A DNA stretch of 64,000 bases from an uncultured Nitrospinota bacterium (GTDB lineage Bacteria; Tectomicrobia; Entotheonellia; J063; CAVPRW01). The notes beneath the pieces were generated by a model. That model worked only from the letters and a program-made list of their open reading frames with translations. It was not told where the DNA came from and searched no databases. The stretch's first letter is position 1, and every line of letters starts with the position of its first letter. Positions 61,801-64,000 of this stretch are shown here, piece by piece. The stretch lies in contig CAVPRW010000045.1 in assembly GCA_963707985.1 (NCBI GenBank), positions 256,001 through 320,000 of the forward strand. Reading direction: 5' to 3'. Made by a program: the position numbers and the translations under genes.

Positions 61801-63561
61801 CTAGCGTGGAATCACTGGTAAAACAATATGCGAAGGCCGCACGGCATCATGGAAAATCGTCTGCGTTGCGGACTGTAGTTCGGCATCAGCGAAGAGAGGA
61901 TGCCCGGTATTCGGATTACGGTCAAAGCGTGGGAAATTGGCGCTAGCTATCTCGATCCGGAGACGATGGCCCGGATGGAACACTATACTTGTCGACCACA
62001 GATCGATAGTGTACTCGTAGACCCTGCCAGGTGTGATGAGACTCGGATGCGCCCGAGTTTCTCGGTAGCGAGCCCGGATGATGCCATCCGCCACGTTCTG
62101 GACGTAGCCATCGGGGCGAACATCGACGAGTTTGGCGGTGAAATCCGTATCCGGCGCTGACGACGCGGCATAGAGTTTCACTGTAATCGGGCCGGTGATC
62201 TCCAGGGCCTGCGTCTGTGGTTCGCTAGTATAGCACAACACATCACGACGCTCTTCGACCGGGCGTTGGTCATACACTCCTATTGGGATCACCAACGTAT
62301 TGCCCCCACGCGTGGGTACGGGGTTCGCTGGATCATAGACATAGGTGTCTGGAGGTTCCTGCGACGGTCTCTCCATGCTGAGCCGGCCATCGCCATGGAG
62401 GCTCTGCGCCGCTCCCTGACTGTGGAAGTAGTAGGACGTGTATTGCGTACGCGCTAACGGCCACTCTTGCTCTGCACGCCAGAGGTTGTCCCCCATCACG
62501 AAGATGTTGATGGGCGGCTCGTGCATAAGGCCGGTGTCGATGCCTTTGAGCCAATGGTCGAACCAGCGCAGCTCGATCTCATGAATCTGGATGGCAGCGT
62601 TGGGTCCGAAGTCGATGTCGCCTGCCCCGCCGGTTGTGGGAGCCGCGTATGGACGGAGATGGCCCCACGGTCCCATGAGTAACTTCTGCGTTGTAGGCGC
62701 TTCTTGACGGCCCTGGCGTAAGATGCCTGTGTAGTTGCCGAGCGTGCCTTCTTGAAAGATGTCATACCAGGAACCGATGTGATACATCGGCGTGCTGATC
62801 TCGTGATGGTGCCTGTAGAGGTTTAGCGCCTCCCAATAGTGCCCTGCATCGGGATGGTTGAGATAATCGGCGAAGTAGGGAGCGGTTTCTTTCAACCAAT
62901 CCGCCCAGTCTTTGATCGGGAGATGCTCGAACCATTCGTCTGTGAGCGGTTGTGCGAAGTTGATCTCTGGCAGGACAAACTGCTCAAGCATGTTCAGATA
63001 GCCTTGCCCGAGCCCTTGGCGCTCGGCGGTATTCCGGGCCATGAAGATGGCATATCCTACCTGCCAGCCGAACTCGAAAGCGCCGCCGGTGTGGTACACC
63101 CAGGAGGCGTGGAAATCGGCCGAGGCCGAGATCGGCACTTGACATACCAGATGCGGCGGGCGAGTGTGTGGCAGGAGATATTGGGTGGCCCCATGATATG
63201 ATTGGCCTGCGGTGCCGACCATAGCGTTGGAGCAGGGGAGTGTCGCGGCCCACTCCACGGTGTCATAACCGTCCGCGGCCTCATGAATGAGAGGATAATA
63301 TTCTCCCTCCGAGGTGTAGCGACCGCGCGTATCCTGGACGACGACCACGTAACCCCGAGGCACAAAGTAATTGACGTAATTGAGGGGTGTCGCCGCGGTT
63401 TTGTCATACGGCACCCGCATGAGGATGATCGGGAATAGGCCGGGAGCATCAGGGCGGTGCACGTCAGCGTAGAGCGTGACCCCACTCCGCATTCGCGCCG
63501 GGAGATTCGGTTCGACCACAATGCCATACTGCGGTTGGCTCACGGATGGATATTCGGACAT
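61801..63561 (-). CDS. CocE/NonD family serine hydrolase
   Basis: RVPYDK, QDTRGRYTS, GQSYHG nucleophile, GSWYDIF, GPWGH, YDPANP, NFPRFDRNPN. Confidence 0.93.
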   Translation of the reverse strand: MSEYPSVSQPQYGIVVEPNLPARMRSGVTLYADVHRPDAPGLFPIILMRVPYDKTAATPLNYVNYFVPRGYVVVVQDTRGRYTSEGEYYPLIHEAADGYDTVEWAATLPCSNAMVGTAGQSYHGATQYLLPHTRPPHLVCQVPISASADFHASWVYHTGGAFEFGWQVGYAIFMARNTAERQGLGQGYLNMLEQFVLPEINFAQPLTDEWFEHLPIKDWADWLKETAPYFADYLNHPDAGHYWEALNLYRHHHEISTPMYHIGSWYDIFQEGTLGNYTGILRQGRQEAPTTQKLLMGPWGHLRPYAAPTTGGAGDIDFGPNAAIQIHEIELRWFDHWLKGIDTGLMHEPPINIFVMGDNLWRAEQEWPLARTQYTSYYFHSQGAAQSLHGDGRLSMERPSQEPPDTYVYDPANPVPTRGGNTLVIPIGVYDQRPVEERRDVLCYTSEPQTQALEITGPITVKLYAASSAPDTDFTAKLVDVRPDGYVQNVADGIIRARYRETRAHPSLITPGRVYEYTIDLWSTSIVFHPGHRLRIEIASANFPRFDRNPNTGHPLFADAELQSATQTIFHDAVRPSHIVLPVIPR

Positions 63562-63637
63562 TGCCACAACTCTCCAAGAAAAGCGCTGTAAGTTGAGGGC
63601 TGAGTCCTGTGCCTTCCGTTCTCAGCCCCCAGCACTG

Positions 63638-64000
63638 ATGATTCAGTCAGGCCTCCTTGCGATTTTTCACCCTATCACATCCGTTATACAGACTCCACTG
63701 TCTCAGCCCGGTGGCAATTGTCACGAGATTGCCCTGGGTTACCATGAGGCCTGAATCGGGGAGGATTTTACCGGTGCTTGGGAGAGCATCCCGGCGCCGG
63801 ACCTGCTCATTGCTCGTATCGTACGCATATTCAGCAGATGCGGTTGGGAACGGGCGTGGTCTTGTTGCAATTTCATCATCCCGTGCTCGTCGCCAATCGT
63901 CTGGCCTACCTCGACCATCTGACCAAAGGTCGTCTCTACTTCGGCGTCGGGTCTGGGGGACTACCCACCGACGCGACGCTGTTTGGGAGCCCGATCGATG
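63638..64000 (+). pseudogene. Disrupted luciferase-like (LLM-class) flavin monooxygenase, running off the window
   Basis: LGYHEA*IGED...PAPDLLIA (TGA 63752-63754 where Trp is expected), then a frameshift to RLGTGVVLLQFHHPVLVANRLAYLDHLTKGRLYFGVG. Confidence 0.7.

Noticed and set aside
63752..63754. TGA at a Trp position suggesting an alternative genetic code
   Set aside because: Many intact genes here end at TGA (tgt, dop, the sigma factor, rsmI), and the LLM gene has other lesions.

Overview
A 64 kb chromosomal segment from a moderately GC-rich diderm bacterium. Gene style and a decayed DDE transposase suggest a Candidatus Tectomicrobia-like lineage, which is inference only. Content is mostly housekeeping and metabolic: the dnaB end, a tgt-dop-glnE-fabL-like run, nth, a TPP enzyme, larB/larC, two sigma-54-type regulators, ugpB, a Dpp/Opp ABC cluster, tatC, a membrane H+-PPase, acyl-CoA carboxylase parts, an RpoD-like sigma factor, nuoB-C-I-D, lipA-pdhC-lpdA, rsmI, an MFS pump, a family-5 UDG and a CocE/NonD hydrolase, with several decayed gene remnants between them. 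I recognised no rRNA, tRNA, CRISPR array or prophage. The most notable signals are: (1) a hidden selenoprotein, a peroxiredoxin-like gene with an in-frame UGA in a W-U-P-N-C motif and a SECIS-like hairpin, which the ORF track splits in two; (2) an intact Dop (Pup deamidase/depupylase) homologue with no Pup/UBact/proteasome genes nearby, translationally coupled to tgt and followed by glnE; (3) a lipoprotein with about 790 residues of coiled coil ending in an OmpA peptidoglycan-binding domain; (4) a full-length NtrC-family regulator with dead AAA+ and GAFTGA motifs; (5) a complex I Q-module-only cluster with a ferredoxin; and (6) a LarC that has lost its His motifs. glnE and the TPP gene carry frameshifts that look like sequencing indels. 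All calls come from motif recognition by eye; no database searches were run.
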